Assembly: GCA_965287045.1 (NCBI GenBank) | Contig: OZ336877.1 | Coordinates: forward strand, 4,712,001-4,776,000 | DNA: 64,000 bases | Reading direction: 5' to 3' | Origin: Carcharhinus amblyrhynchos | Taxonomy: Eukaryota | Part shown: one piece after another, positions 1 through 12,325 of the stretch | How the letters are laid out: each line of letters starts with the position of its first letter | How positions within the stretch are numbered: position 1 is the stretch's first letter | Program-made: the position numbers and the translations under genes | Notes under the pieces: generated by a model | Told to the model about the DNA's origin: nothing | Database searches by the model: none | What the model saw: only the letters and a program-made list of their open reading frames with translations

Positions 1-2169
1 ATGTGCCAACTCTAAAAGCTTCCAGCTGATATTCCCTGTACAAATACTGGCACCCTCACCAAAATGGCATATGATGTAGCTATCACCCAAAAAGTGTGCA
101 GGTGCCAGAGTTGCAATGTTGAAGCCATTAATATATATAAAAAAAAACAGACATGGCAGAGCTAAATATTGCAGCAATCGTACTTGACACACGATTCAGA
201 ACACATTGGTATTTCCAGCATGCAATACTCAGATATTGTGCAATCCCTGAACACTCATTTTCTTACGACTTTTTTTCCAAAAGGAAATCCCCAAATATAG
301 AGAAATACATACAGCCTTTCAATAGTCAAGGCACTGATGTATTTTAAAACTTGAAATGGTGTACAATGTACCAATTTTATTGAAGTATATAATGTTGTGA
401 TTACTTATTGCTATGGAGATTTCCATAATTTTGGGATTGGGGTGAATATAAATATAACTCACACATACATTTGAAAGTATTTTGTTACAAGATATTTCAA
501 TAAACCTTCCCGAGTGTTTTTTTGCACTGTTCTTTCTCAGAAGTTGCAGGCTTTTTTAGTGAAAGCTTTTTCTGGCATTTGCAGACATAGGTTTGAATTC
601 CTTCTAGAAAGCTACCTCACTGACATTTATAACAAAAAATAAACAACCTTTCAAAACTCAATCTATGAGAGTCTAAAAAAAAACTGAGCTAAATTTAAAA
701 ATACAATTCTATGCCCATGCAACATCAAAGTGAATTTTGATTGACAGTCTGCACCCACCTATACTCATCCAAAAATGTTGGCATCAGTTGACTTGCATGC
801 TGCATTTGGAATTATAGGGGTTAAAATGGATTTTAACATTTATAACCAAGAATACAGGGTTTCTTTTTAAACAAGACAAGCGAAGGAAGGATAGAACTAA
901 ATTCACAAAAGTCAAACTGGTTAAAAAAAATCCCTAAATCCCAGTTAATAAAAACGGAATTTGTCTTATTCAGTCACCATAAAGCAATGGCCCTCCTGCC
1001 CAGGGAATACCAAACCTTGTATATTATGGCCACAGTTGCTGGGTTTCCACTTCCATCAAAACAAAAATCAGGAGAATCAATGAAAATAATCTCCAAAATG
1101 CCGGTGCAAAAAATCCTGGTATTCCACACAATGAAAATGCCATTTTGACATTCACTCTTATTGAGGTTCTTCTGCTTTAGAGTCAGATGGATTAAATAGA
1201 ATAACTGCAGAAGCAGCCACACTGCAGCGAGGGAACGGTTTAATTCCTTGTGCAAAGTGCACTGGAAACAATCAAATGCTGCAATAAGACAAATCTCTGT
1301 TAGGATTCGAACCTCAAAAATATTCACAAGATTCTTCTAAACTCATTCTCATTGTGCCCCTGCTGGACTGGCAGTTGTTATGTGCAATTTAAGTATTCCC
1401 TATAGGTAACAGAAACTTGAATTAAGATTCTGATTTGGATGCTGAACACCGAAGCTTAAGTTATTGCGATTTTCATTTTGAGCTCAAGTAATTCTCATCT
1501 TGATACTGAAGTGGAATATTCTGGCCAGCAAAATTTCCCTTCTCCCAGTGTTGAGAGATAATAACTAACAAAGCACATCTTCGGAACGCTGAATGGGATG
1601 GAATTTCCCACTCTGCGGATTAAGTGCAGGAAAGTCAACGTCATTCACACTGGGTGGCAGATTAGAATTATTCGCTCAACTTTCATTAATTATGTGGAGG
1701 AACTTGTCGAATTTCACGGCAAGGATTCATCCACCCTATGGAGGTCAAAGGTCCTGGTGCCATACTTAAGTGCCACCCATGGAGACATTCACTCACCTCA
1801 CACCTGGCGCAGTGTAATCTTTGCTTTGCCACAGTATCCAAAAGATCAAAACCCTCCCTACCTCAGCGAGTGAGGCCTTCCTGGGATTTTCCACCACGCT
1901 GACCAAGAAAGACAGGAGGTCCTCTTTCCAAAGGATGGGAACAGGAGGTCCATCCACCTGACCACATTGACCTGACAGGAGGTCAGCAGACGAACCCGAA
2001 GGACTGCCCTGCAGTGCGGGAAAAGAATGAATGATCTGCTCTGCTCCATTAGGATAAGTGAAACTTCTATGTATTCCAGACTCTCGATCTCTTCAGGGTA
2101 TTAGGCTGTCTAAGCCCAGAGGGAGGTCATACACGTCAAGCAGATAAAACATCAGCACAGAACGTCTGT

Positions 2170-2490
2170 CAGCCACTTCAACATTTTGGCATCCACTACT
2201 TCCTGTGATACCAAATTCCACAGGTTCACCACTCTTTGGGTGAAAAAAAATGCCTCATCTCCACCCTAAATGGTCTACCCCGAATCCTCAAACTGTGACC
2301 CCTGGTTCTGAACTCCCTCACCATTGGGAACATCCTCCCTGAATCTACCCTGTCCAGTCCTGTTAGAATTTTCTAAGTCTCTATGAGATCCCTCCTCATT
2401 CATCTGAATGCCAGTGAAAACAACCCTAACCTCGTCAATCTCTCCTCATACATCAGTCCCACCATCCCAGAACCAGCCAGGTAAAACTTC
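2170..2490 (-). mobile_element. CR1-type LINE 3' fragment nested in the Harbinger remnant
   Basis: Reverse complement resembles the CR1 ORF2 C-terminus (RMRRDLIET.KIL.GLDRVD..RMFP..GE.RTRGHSLR). Confidence 0.8.
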
Positions 2491-3779
2491 GACATTATGA
2501 CAGAGTTTTTGGGAAAAGTAGTATTCATTGTTGAGCATTGTAGCCTTTCATGCTTCCCTGCAGCATTCTTTCATCTCCATGTTTCAGGAACGTTAATCCC
2601 TCCTTAGTTTCCACTCTTGCTACGCGTGACACTGAACGATGGAAATCGTTTCCACTGACATTTGAAATGCCTGCAAGAGTGTGCGATGTCTGATGTGTGT
2701 GCTGCCTACTTACCTGTGAGCATCTTACTTTGCCAGTTGCCTCGTGGTACTTTACTGAATCCTCCTGTGAAGGCACATTATGCAACTCAATCTGGAATTA
2801 ATTGCACAGCTGAGCACTCATTGACTCAGGGTAGATCGAAAGGTTTGGTTTGCGAGATGAACAATGTCGAGGAAATGTATTGCTACAAAAGCAACACTTC
2901 GGCACATCTCCTCAGCAGGGTCAATGAAAGAAGAACCATTCAGCGGCTGCTGTACGAATACTGACTAGGCCACACCTCCCCCAAATGCCAAGGTAGTGCA
3001 GAGCAGAGATTTGGCAGGCTTCTGATGAATGCAGGATCATGAGTATTTGTAAATAAGCATACAATTGGCCGTAAGCCACTCTCTGTGATGATAATTCACA
3101 GCTTTGGGTGTGTGCTGTCAAGTTCAAGTAACAGATCTCTGCATTCTGATGTCTGCTGCCATCTTGGGGCTCAGTAGCAAGATGAGGCCTCTGCAATACT
3201 CATGGGTTTGGAGAGCTAATGTTTGGAGAGACAGCACTGTCCAAATGTTGCTCTCAAGTGGTAATTATTGGCAAATGTTTTTCCTCTTACCTTGCTAAGC
3301 TGTTATCAGTCTGACACAAGTGCATTAAGAATGCAATGGCATTCCAGCTGCTCCAAAGTTGACATACCCCCTGACTGCTTGATGCCATGTTTGAAAGGGC
3401 TGGACTACGTGCAGTTGCTTAACAATGTGCACTCTTGGAGTGCTTAACACATTCCACAATGGCCACACGTTCTCTAGGCTACTGCATCTTCCAACGATGA
3501 CCCCATAGTGTGGGCTGAACGTCACTTACACTCCCGCTATGATCATTGTGAGATTGGTGACCTTTCACAATCTGTTGCTGCTGACAATAAGGGTTTCGTT
3601 ATATTCTCCGCATCAAGGAGAACCTTGATCGTGAAAATGTGTCTTTTCCTTATTCCTTGGCAGATTTTGTAGCTATGAGATTGTCATGAGCACGTCTGCC
3701 ATGTCCTGCCCGTACAATGCGACTGAATCAGCTGAATCCACCGCCGTTCCCCTCCCCCCCCCCAGGGCTCCTTGACAGT

Positions 3780-3897
3780 GTGGCCTCAGCCCCAAGATCG
3801 TCTCTTCAATGTACCCCCAACTGTCTGGCCTCAGCTCCAGGATAGTCTCTTATTCTTGCTTGGACAGTCCATACCGCTTGCTCCAGGACTGTCTTTC
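3780..3897. repeat. degenerate ~45-50 bp tandem repeat (3 partial units)
   Basis: tggcctcagccccaagatcgtctct (3781), tggcctcagctccaggatagtctct (3826), gctccaggactgtctt (3880). Confidence 0.55.
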
Positions 3898-5859
3898 ACT
3901 ACTCCACTCTATGTTTCTTGATTACCCACTAGCCCTGTCTCTGTGACCTCCTTGCCTCTTGATCCCCCCATGAGTCCTACCTTCATCTATGCCCTCACCA
4001 CTGGTCTTGCCAAACATTCCCAATCTCGGTGCGGTTTGTGATACAGGCACCCAATATCCTGCAGCAAGGCCATTAAAGATAGGCAAAAATCAGTGTTGAT
4101 GAAGTGAAGCTCATTGGGTCCATGCCACTCATGTTATAGACCATTCTACTTGTCCAGTTGTGGGCCACTTCATTTGGAGTTGGGACATAATGCTGGCAAG
4201 TTTGTCCTTTAATGCACATTCACGAGATGCGAATGTGGTTCCTGACATTAATCAGGGAGAAACTCGACCTGCCTTTAACCTGGCAAAAATCGGGAGAATG
4301 AAATTCCAAACTAGTTTCCTGCCAGTGGGAAACCGATGATGTGAAATCCACCCACCACCATTCCCATCACTGGCAGGAGTGGAACATTCCATCCATCGTG
4401 TCCGTGATGGATGAATTTTGCTATTTGAAAACATTCTCTAGCTGAATTTCAGGTGCTTCCACTGAACATGACAATACAACCTCAAACCATTACTGTGGGA
4501 TCCCTCCCTGGTTTCTCATTGAGATCTCTGTAGAAATGAAAATAACTAAAGGCTCAGATCCTGAACAAAAAAAAAAATCACAATTTTAGAATTTAATTTT
4601 TCACCATTTTTATCAAGATGTTTAGAAATAAATTCCAAATTTCACATACAATTCTTCCCCCACCAACACCTCATTTAACTTGGAGAAGTTCGCCTGAACA
4701 CTACCATTATCTGGCCATGGAGTGACTGGTGTTAAGCCTTTTGTCATTCGACGCAACTATACGAATCACCATTGCCAACCCAAAGTAGTCAGTCATGCCC
4801 ACACTCTTAGTGCTTCGTGTAATAACACTCAACCATAAGGTATTTTTTTAAAAATTGGATAGATTTTTTCTTTTTAATATCAATAAAGAAACTTAAATAG
4901 GTGCAACAAGAATCAAACCACATTTTGAGCCAACAGTGAAGATATTTTCCACTTTGTATATTCAGAATGGATAGGCGAGAAGGTTACCTAGGAAGCAGGG
5001 GTCTGTCGCATATTCATTTCAACGTTGATGGTTCTGAATGAAGAATGAACGGGTTCATCAGCACCGAGAGCTCTGAATGTGCATCAGGATAAGCATGCAA
5101 TTATTCCTTCTGTTCTGAAAGACCATATCAGATGATGTTTAGGGAATGCATGATGTGGAGCAAATGGGCTAATACAAAATGAAAAGCACCAGTGAGCATT
5201 CAAATAACTTACAAAGACACAGATATAAATGAAGGTCTACAGGAAATTAACGACCAAACGTAAGGATGAGATAAAGTGATCACTGTCAGTGTTAAGGGCA
5301 GACCCTGTTTATTAGCACAGTTTTAAAAGTAATACCCATCATGGGAACATGCCCTCAATTCTCAAGCAGAAAGGGAACTAACTGATGTCATAGCATATCA
5401 TTGTTCTTCTTGTACAACAATGCACAAGATCAGACTATTACTGCATCCTGACTGAAATCGTTTCTAGCATACTTCAACTAAAGTCCTGCAACTCCTTTAA
5501 GTTCAACCTTAAAGATACTCGATAACCTGCAAGTCCTTGACATTATTAATCACCGTTTGGAAAAGCTGCTCGCCCAGGGCCTCCACAATGCAGTAAATTC
5601 TGCAAGTGACAACGTCAGCTCTTTGCAGGCTCGAATATTCGGCTTTGATTGAAGACTTCAAATTTCATGGTTACTGATGCACGTTGGCGTGTTGCTGACT
5701 CTGTTTGAATCGCTGGCAATCAGCAAACCCGAACCTGCACATCGACTATTCCAATAAAGCCAAATGATTATTGAAACAACCAATCCGTACTTAACTACCT
5801 GATAATTGCAACATTACATCTATTGATAAACCTTGTCACTTTAGGAGCAAATTCCTAAA

Positions 5860-6540
5860 CCGATGGAGGACAGGAATCATTCGGCCTAAAATTCTTCACC
5901 CAGGACCATCCTAAAGTCAGTCCCGTTACATGTATTTGCTTTTTAAAATTAATCCTTTTTTTTTTATTACCACCACTCTGCTTGCAAACTTATTCCAAAT
6001 GTTAATCATTCTTTGTGAAGGTGAAAATCCTGATATCAGCTCCAACGTTAGCTTTTGCTAGTTTCCACCAGTGTCCCCCTGCTCTGTTGCTGCTGCTTCT
6101 TTAAAGTAGTTTTCTGAATTTGTCTTTTCTCCAATGGCTTAAAAAGTCTCTATAGGAATGTCTCAGACAGCCCGAAAAACCCAAGTGTAACTCCAGTCTC
6201 AACTTATACCTTCAGCCTTTGATACATTTCTCTGTACTGCCTTCAGCACTTGACTGTATCCCTCATTTATCAGAGATGTGTATTCAAGGTGCATTCTGAC
6301 AGAAGTGGTATTTAGTTTGATCAAGTCCTGTGAATTATACACTATTGTTTTTGGCCATGTAGTTTAACATTCGATGAGCTTTGATGACTGCTGATCTGAA
6401 ATGCTTGGAAAAGATGTGCATACCAACCTTCTTGGCCATTCCAAATCTGCTAATTAAGTTCAATGACTCATCCATTTTTCCTTCCTATGTAATACTGAGC
6501 ACTTGTACACATTAAACATTATTTGTCATTGTTTGGCCTA
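5860..6540 (-). mobile_element. old, highly degraded CR1-type LINE fragment
   Basis: Residual antisense CR1 3'-end motifs (cattcggcc, accactctg..ttattccaaatgttaatcattctttgtgaa, ctctgtactgccttcag). Confidence 0.45.
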
Positions 6541-7384
6541 TTTGAATTTCATTTTACAAAATTAAGAGTTACAAAATGGCTCTCAGTTCTTCTCTAGATT
6601 TACTTCAATCTTTTCATCTGGAAATAGCCAGGGTTTCTTCACAGTTTTCCACTGCAGGATAATAAAAAAGAACCAAAGTTTTTTGGTGCTTGAATGGTTT
6701 TGACACTTAGTGTTTGCTTTGAGAAACAGCATAAACAAGTGCGCCCATTGTTCCAAATTTAACATGCTTATTAGCTGTACCAATATTGTAGCACTTTTAA
6801 GATTAACACTCAATCTGAGGCTGAGACACTGTTGCACACTTCTAATTAATTGAAAATGTTAGAGCTGAAAGCACTGCTTGTAAAAATAATTTGTAGTAAA
6901 CTTCACTTAATTCCAACCAACGCCTTCCCACATTGCCATCTGAATGCCAGCTTTCCATTTTTTGAGACCATGAGGAAAAAGTCTATTATAAGATCTTTCT
7001 GTAGGCCATTGTGAAGACTGACCGGTCAGCGAAGAGTAAGGGGTCAACGTGTGCCCATCTTCTGAAGTTACAGTGCTGCCTTCTTACCACAGGTCAGCAT
7101 AACTTAGCAGTCAGCGGAACTTAAAAATAAGCAAACGTTCACTAAGATCAGTTTGTTCGTCGTGTATCAAGTATCAAACTCAAAAGTGGCTGGGGAAATA
7201 TGCTCCAATGTAATAAATGGCTTAATATGTTCAACTAAGGCCAACAACCACTCTAAGAACATTTTAAGTACTCTAAAATATACACAGATATTATTGCTTG
7301 GGCATGTTAAGATGAACTTGACAAATCAGTGGTGAGTCAAAACCCATCTAACTAATGATATATGATCTCTGTAATGTTCAGCTA

Positions 7385-7725
7385 TGTATAGCGCACCATA
7401 GCCTGGATAGAATGGACATGGAGAAGATGTTTCCATTTGTAGGACAGACAAGCATCCGAGGGCACAGCCTCAGAGTAAAGGGACAGAGTAAAGGGGTCTT
7501 TAGAACTGAGATGAGGAGAAATTTCTTCAGCCAGATAGTTCACTGCCACAGAAGGCTGTAGAGGCCAGGTCACTGAGTGCATTTAAGGCAGAGATAGATA
7601 GGTTCTTGATTGGCAAAGGAATCAAAGGCTGCGAGGAAAAGGCAGGAGAATGGGGTTGAGGAACATATCGGCCATTGGAGCAGAGTCAATGGGCCGAATG
7701 GCCTAATTCTACTCCTGTATCTTTA
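7385..7725 (+). mobile_element. CR1 (HER1-like) LINE 3' end
   Basis: Reads LDRMDMEKMFPFVGQTSIRGHSLRVKG..FRTEMRRNFFSQ, followed by the typical tail gggccgaatggcctaattctactcct. Confidence 0.85.
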
Positions 7726-8590
7726 TGGGTCTCATTACGGCTTAAAACCATCCACTTAACCTTTCGTAGGGACCGGAAACCTGAAGTGTTACTAAAGAGT
7801 CAATACGCCAAACAAAAATAAAGAATATCTTACAGACAAAACAGTTACAAAAACAGTCCCAGGGATCAGAATCCATGTACGGCAGTTTTTACGAGTGCTT
7901 AGTTACCCCATGACAGATAGCCTGCCTAGTCCTGGAAAATCTGCTTATTGTCACCATCTGTCAACAGCGTTCTTCTTCAAGCAGCGATATGGGCGGATGC
8001 TGTGGATTCTGCTGTGTGTAGGCTCAGTCGTGACTGCGCTAATGAGACTTTTGAAAAGCTACTGATCTGTTCCTGCCACAAAACCTTTGGTTGTCACATA
8101 ATATAAAGTATTGAATCTTACTTACAAGAGTTTTACAAAAATAACCAGTTTAAACCAGAATATTGACAGCGGAGAAGAATAATAAATGCAGGCCTCCAGG
8201 CAACAGCAAAGCTCTAACCTGCTTCAACACCTACTGTAGTCCTTCAGAGAATATGGAAGTGCTTGTAAAATTAATAGGGTATTGACTGCTCTCGCACCTT
8301 GAAACTGAGAGTTTATTGCTATTCAAGGGCTGAACATCATAAGCTTATCAGTTACACACATTTCAGTTCCAGACAATTAATTGCAGAAACCATCCTCCAG
8401 TTTGTATTTTTCCAGATAAACGTGTCCGCACTTAAGTTTTCTGCGGGCAATTACTTCACCGTTTGCAGAGAGAACTCAAACGGCAGTTGTGACGTGAACG
8501 AAAATCGTAAGCGGGGCGAAAGCAAGGAGGTGGGCAGGAACAGCTTGCTCACCGCATCAGGAAACTTCACTTGAATACTTTTGGTAAAAC

Positions 8591-8596
8591 TTTATT
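8591..8596 (-). promoter_or_regulatory. candidate polyadenylation signal AATAAA (proximal)
   Basis: Plus strand reads TTTATT, about 970 nt after the stop codon. Its use is not demonstrated. Confidence 0.35.
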
Positions 8597-9339
8597 ATTC
8601 AAGTTTAGATGTAAATGACCTCATTTCTGTCTGAAAGAGTTTTCATGGACGATACAGAAAGAACGTGTAGGTGTGATAAAACAAAGAAATAAACATCACA
8701 AAATTACATGCATGATGAAGGTCAGGAACATGTCCCAGTCACTTTAAAGGCAGAGGCAGTGGTTCCCGCTGCTTTCCTCAGGATTTGGGTCTTTTTAAAA
8801 CAATGGATAATATTGAAAGATTTGGAAACCAGAAAAACTGTAAAAGCTATGATTCATTTTCAGATTCCTAGAATGATTTGTTTTGTTTTTAAATTTCAGC
8901 TCCTGGAAGCACTGCCTCTGCACTGAAACAAGACTGTTTTTCATTATAAGACTCATGTATGATTCCACTGGAAAATGCAATAAACAAAGTCAACAGTAAA
9001 CAGCGATTCCAACATCACTTGATAAGAACCATCAACTTTCAAACCGTTTCACTTGAAACATAATATTGAAAAGCAATTAACAAATGTGCATATAGTCTTT
9101 TCAAGCTTAACAATATGAATTAAGAGCTTTGATAGATAACACAAGGTACATTAATATTAAGTGGAATGCATAGTGCTACCCTCTTTTCCCCCTATTTAAG
9201 CATGAAGATACGTTCAGCTACTTTTCATCCATACTTTGCATTAGCAACGACCGTATTTGTTTCATCTTGGTATTCAGGGCTACTAGGTGAAAGAAAAAAA
9301 AATCTAAAGAAATAGAAATAGGTGCTTCATTACTTATTT

Positions 9340-9347
9340 TGCTACAT
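9340..9347 (-). promoter_or_regulatory. miR-221/222 8mer target site (AUGUAGCA)
   Basis: Plus strand TGCTACAT gives mRNA ATGTAGCA, about 220 nt after the stop. It is complementary to the miR-221/222 seed GCUACAU, with the A1 anchor. Confidence 0.6.
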
Positions 9348-9567
9348 TTGCACATGTAAACAGCTAGAAAAGAATCAGTATTCTGACTCTAAAGCATAAT
9401 GCAATATTTTTTGTTGCATACTTTATAGAAAAAAATTATACAATGTGTCAGGCACCATCATTTTCAAATGTTTTACATTTACTCTTTTTTAGAAAAATAA
9501 TATTCTGATTGTTCTCCCAAATTCTAAAATGCAACATGTACGCATTGTGTTACAGTACTAAAAAGTT

Positions 9568-10617
9568 CTATTCTTTAGGTTTGCAATTTTTATCAGATTG
9601 CACATTTCTATGCAGGCCCCTCTGAATGTGTGTCATAAAGTCATACTTGTCTGTACAGAAATGCTGGCATATGCTACACTGGAAAGGTCCACTTTCACCA
9701 TGGCAACTCATATGCAATGCGTACATCACTTCATCCATAAACAGAATGCTGCAATGAACACACTTCGTCAGTGATTCATCTTGCGTGCCTTGGTCCACTT
9801 TGTCCGGGGATTTGACCACATTCTCTACGCTCTCCTCCGCCGTGGTTACCGAGGCGTTAACTTTGTCCTTCGCGGCGTCGTTTGCGGCTGGTCCTGACCT
9901 GGAATGTTTCGTGGCCAGATCCAAAGGAATGTCATTATCAGAACCAACAGACGAGAAAGTCGGAGGCAGGTTAAAGGCAGGATAAGGCACAAAGTTTTGG
10001 CAAGGGTTTGGTAGGCCAGGCACATGGTAGTGTGGATTCCCAGCGACAGACAATTTATATTTACTCCAGAACCTCAGCCAATCTGCTTCATTTTGTAAAT
10101 CACTATGCACAAACTGAAATCCAAACAAAGGATACTGGTACTTTTCAATAGGGCTTCCCGGAGGCGAGTAATTTGGGTGCTTTGTAGGTCGAAGGTATTT
10201 TTCAATCGGGCTTCCGCGTTCCGAACTTCCTTTCCCTTCTGCTACAGGCAAACAATTTCCTGGCTCTACACTGCTTTCCTGAGGGCTCTTTACTTGAACG
10301 TGCAGTGGCTGCATTCTTCTGTGAAGGTCCACAGTCTGGCCAACCACTAACGTGGGCTGGCTCTGGTGTGACTTATTCACCGACCCATAGAGATCAAGTT
10401 TGCTCAGATTAGGCTGCTCCCGGTGCTGACTCTCTGCCGAGTGCTCCTCCGATTTCCTTTCTAGCGAGCTGTCGTTCAGTTGCTCCTCGTTGCCCACTCT
10501 CTGCTGCTTATTGACTTGCTCTGGCTGGAGTACCTCCGGGTTAAGACGCTTCCTTGTCCGTCTTCGGATGATCTGCTCCCCGTTGCTTTGCTTTATAATA
10601 TTTAAAGGGCGCGGAGT
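9568..10617 (-). CDS. trps1: TRPS1 (zinc finger transcription factor Trps1), last coding exon, 349 aa + TAG
   Basis: Minus-strand acceptor ttgtttgtttctag|ACT CCG CGC opens [27 protein letters not shown]..., in frame with the 309-aa track ORF. It contains the NLS RRRTRKR (10546-10566), duplicated GSPIEKY, PLDLA (9913-9927), two Ikaros-like fingers CVHC..HMSCH / CSIC..HIQRGLH (9610-9762) and the C-terminus KPKE*. The 1050 nt equal 350 codons. Confidence 0.97.
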   Translation of the reverse strand, partial: TPRPLNIIKQSNGEQIIRRRTRKRLNPEVLQPEQVNKQQRVGNEEQLNDSSLERKSEEHSAESQHREQPNLSKLDLYGSVNKSHQSQPTLVVGQTVDLHRRMQPLHVQVKSPQESSVEPGNCLPVAEGKGSSERGSPIEKYLRPTKHPNYSPPGSPIEKYQYPLFGFQFVHSDLQNEADWLRFWSKYKLSVAGNPHYHVPGLPNPCQNFVPYPAFNLPPTFSSVGSDNDIPLDLATKHSRSGPAANDAAKDKVNASVTTAEESVENVVKSPDKVDQGTQDESLTKCVHCSILFMDEVMYALHMSCHGESGPFQCSICQHFCTDKYDFMTHIQRGLHRNVQSDKNCKPKE

Positions 10618-11076
10618 CTAGAAACAAACAAAGAATAGGCAGACCTTAATTTAGACTTGCACAACTCATGCTATTTATCATTAATTGTAACTCGCTACAC
10701 ATTGTGAGGACTGGAAGAGAAGTCTTCATTTTGGGGAAACAAACAACAAGTTCATTCAAGTCCAGAAAACAAGGGAATTTTACATCTATATAACTGATCT
10801 CATTTTTTTTGCATAGCAGGTAGTACAAGTTCATACTTGCTCTATTTGTTTAAAAACACCTTGCATCAGCGTGAAGTAACCAGACAAATAAATAGATGGA
10901 TTTGGAACAAAGGATGGGCAAGGTCAGAACCAGAATTCTGACGTGATAGAACACAGATTAGGAAGACACATTTTAATTATTTGCCTTTCTGAAGAAAATC
11001 AGGAGTCTGCACAACTGAAGATGCAGTATTAATTGTACTTATAGCCATGACTCATATGATAACTGTGAACACACTC

Positions 11077-11165
11077 ATCATAGAATCCCTACACTGCAGA
11101 AGGATGCCATTCATGTCAGCGCCGACTCTCTCACAGAGCATCCCGCCCAGGTCCTATCACCTATC
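11077..11165 (-). mobile_element. HE1 V-SINE / CR1-derived 3' tail fragment
   Basis: atcatagaatccctacactgcagaagga is the reverse complement of the SINE tail seen at 40740-40775 and 48095-48130. Confidence 0.65.
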
Positions 11166-11309
11166 TACAGTGGTGAAGAACACACTGTACAACGGCTGCA
11201 GATGCACTCAGTGCAGCATCAGCAGGAAGGACAACTATCGACCGAGAAATGGGCAACATGGACCCAAGAAATGCAAAATTACTGAGTGAATCAAAGTTGA
11301 AGTGTTGCT

Positions 11310-11999
11310 CACACGGGATTTTTCCTCAGGCTTTGGGACCCTGCTGTTGGGACAAAATCGGGGTCCTGAGCCCACCCTTACTAGCGACAGACCCAGTAGC
11401 GCAATCTTGATTAAGAGGGCCTCTTAACTTGCTTCCTTTGCTCTCTCTGTCCTCGCAGCTCTCAATGCTGTTGACCCAATCAGGAAGCTGATAGATCTGG
11501 AGCCTCGGCAACCCCATCAGGAGAGGCTGGAGCTGCCAAGGCAGACAGGAGCCTCCGGGACACCTTCAACACGGAGATGCTCTCAGAGGAACGCACTGAG
11601 TATTCAGATTATTAGGGCCGAAAGTGGAGGGGAAACCCCCGGAGGTGTACTCTTTGAGCTGGAGGTCCACCTTTCTTGCCAGAGGCTCCCTCTTTTGGGC
11701 CACAGAACTTCTGGTTCTAATCACCTACCCTGAGCTGCTGTAGGGTAACCATCTCCATGAAGCTGGAGGTGTCTGCATTTGGAGAAAAGCTGCTCCAGCA
11801 GTGGTTAAAAAGCCCCCAGTTGGGTGAAGATAATCAGCTTACTTGTCTACCTGTCTTTCAGGCAACTGATCTGAGCCCATGCATTACCTTAGGAATCTTC
11901 TCCACGGGTGCGAATGCATTGGGGAGCCATCCCAACGCAGCTCCTCCTATTTTCCTGTCCCCCTCCCCCCACCAACATCAAGACTGGGAAAATTCGGCC
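11310..11999. mobile_element. GC-rich non-autonomous DNA transposon (MITE-like, possibly Harbinger-derived)
   Basis: A GC-rich block bounded by cgggatttttcc ... gggaaaattcggcc termini, of the type repeated elsewhere in the window. Confidence 0.45.
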
Positions 12000-12325
12000 T
12001 TTATTCTTTCATGGGATGTCGGCATCGCTGATTTGTTGCCAATCTCTAATTGCCTCTGAGTTTCTCACTTTTGGAGAATAAAGCACCTTGCTGTAGGTCT
12101 GGAGTCACATTTCCAACGGCATATTTCCTACCTCAAGGACATTAGTGGGTTTGTACAATAATCAATAATGGTCCCATGGTTATCACCAGACTTTTAATTC
12201 CAGATTTTTCTTGCATTTAAATTTCACCATCTGCCACGGTAGGATGTGAACCCAGGTCCCCAGAGGACTACCCTGTGAAGTTGAGTGACTAGCTGAGTGA
12301 CAGTAGCACTATGCTGCTGCCTCCT
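12000..12325 (-). mobile_element. tRNA-derived SINE (family also at 42385 and 44995)
   Basis: Reverse complement matches 42385-42730 (gggttcacatcctaccgtggcagatggtgaaatttaaat...aaaatctggaattaa...cactaatgtcctt...gtgactccaga). Confidence 0.75.

Larger units (their letters stand above)
1596..4311. mobile_element. decayed PIF/Harbinger-type DNA transposon (Myb/SANT gene remnant on +, transposase C-terminal remnant on -)
   Basis: Plus strand 1904-2053 reads QERQEVLFPKDGNRRSIHLTTLT*QEVSRRTRRTALQCGKRMNDLLCSIR (Myb/SANT-like partner protein), followed by a decayed donor agg|ataagt. Minus strand ~3703-3650 reads HGRRAHDNLIATKSAKE*, resembling a Harbinger transposase C-terminus. Imperfect TIRs: ggatggaatttc..tgcggattaagtgcagg versus the reverse complement of 4266-4311. 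Confidence 0.6.
8570..9567 (-). other. trps1: trps1 proximal 3'UTR (minimum extent; probably longer)
   Basis: AU-rich, TE-free sequence directly after the stop codon. A candidate AATAAA on the minus strand lies at 8596-8591. Confidence 0.7.

Noticed and set aside
2770-3200. Possible Harbinger DDE core motifs (HD.AFI, LHN) on the minus strand
   Set aside because: The matches are too short, in inconsistent frames, and lie downstream of the apparent transposase stop near 3650.
6490-6497. miR-200b/c/429 8mer on the minus strand
   Set aside because: It falls in a degraded CR1-like fragment, and inclusion in the UTR is unproven.
9551-9558. miR-101 8mer (GUACUGUA) in the 3'UTR
   Set aside because: It is only about 10 nt from the stop codon, within the ribosome shadow where sites are generally ineffective. 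Noted but not called.
10495-10497. Track start of the 309-aa ORF (MGNEEQ...) as a translation start
   Set aside because: It is an internal GTG (Val) codon. The reading frame extends to the splice acceptor at 10617 and continues the upstream GATA exon.
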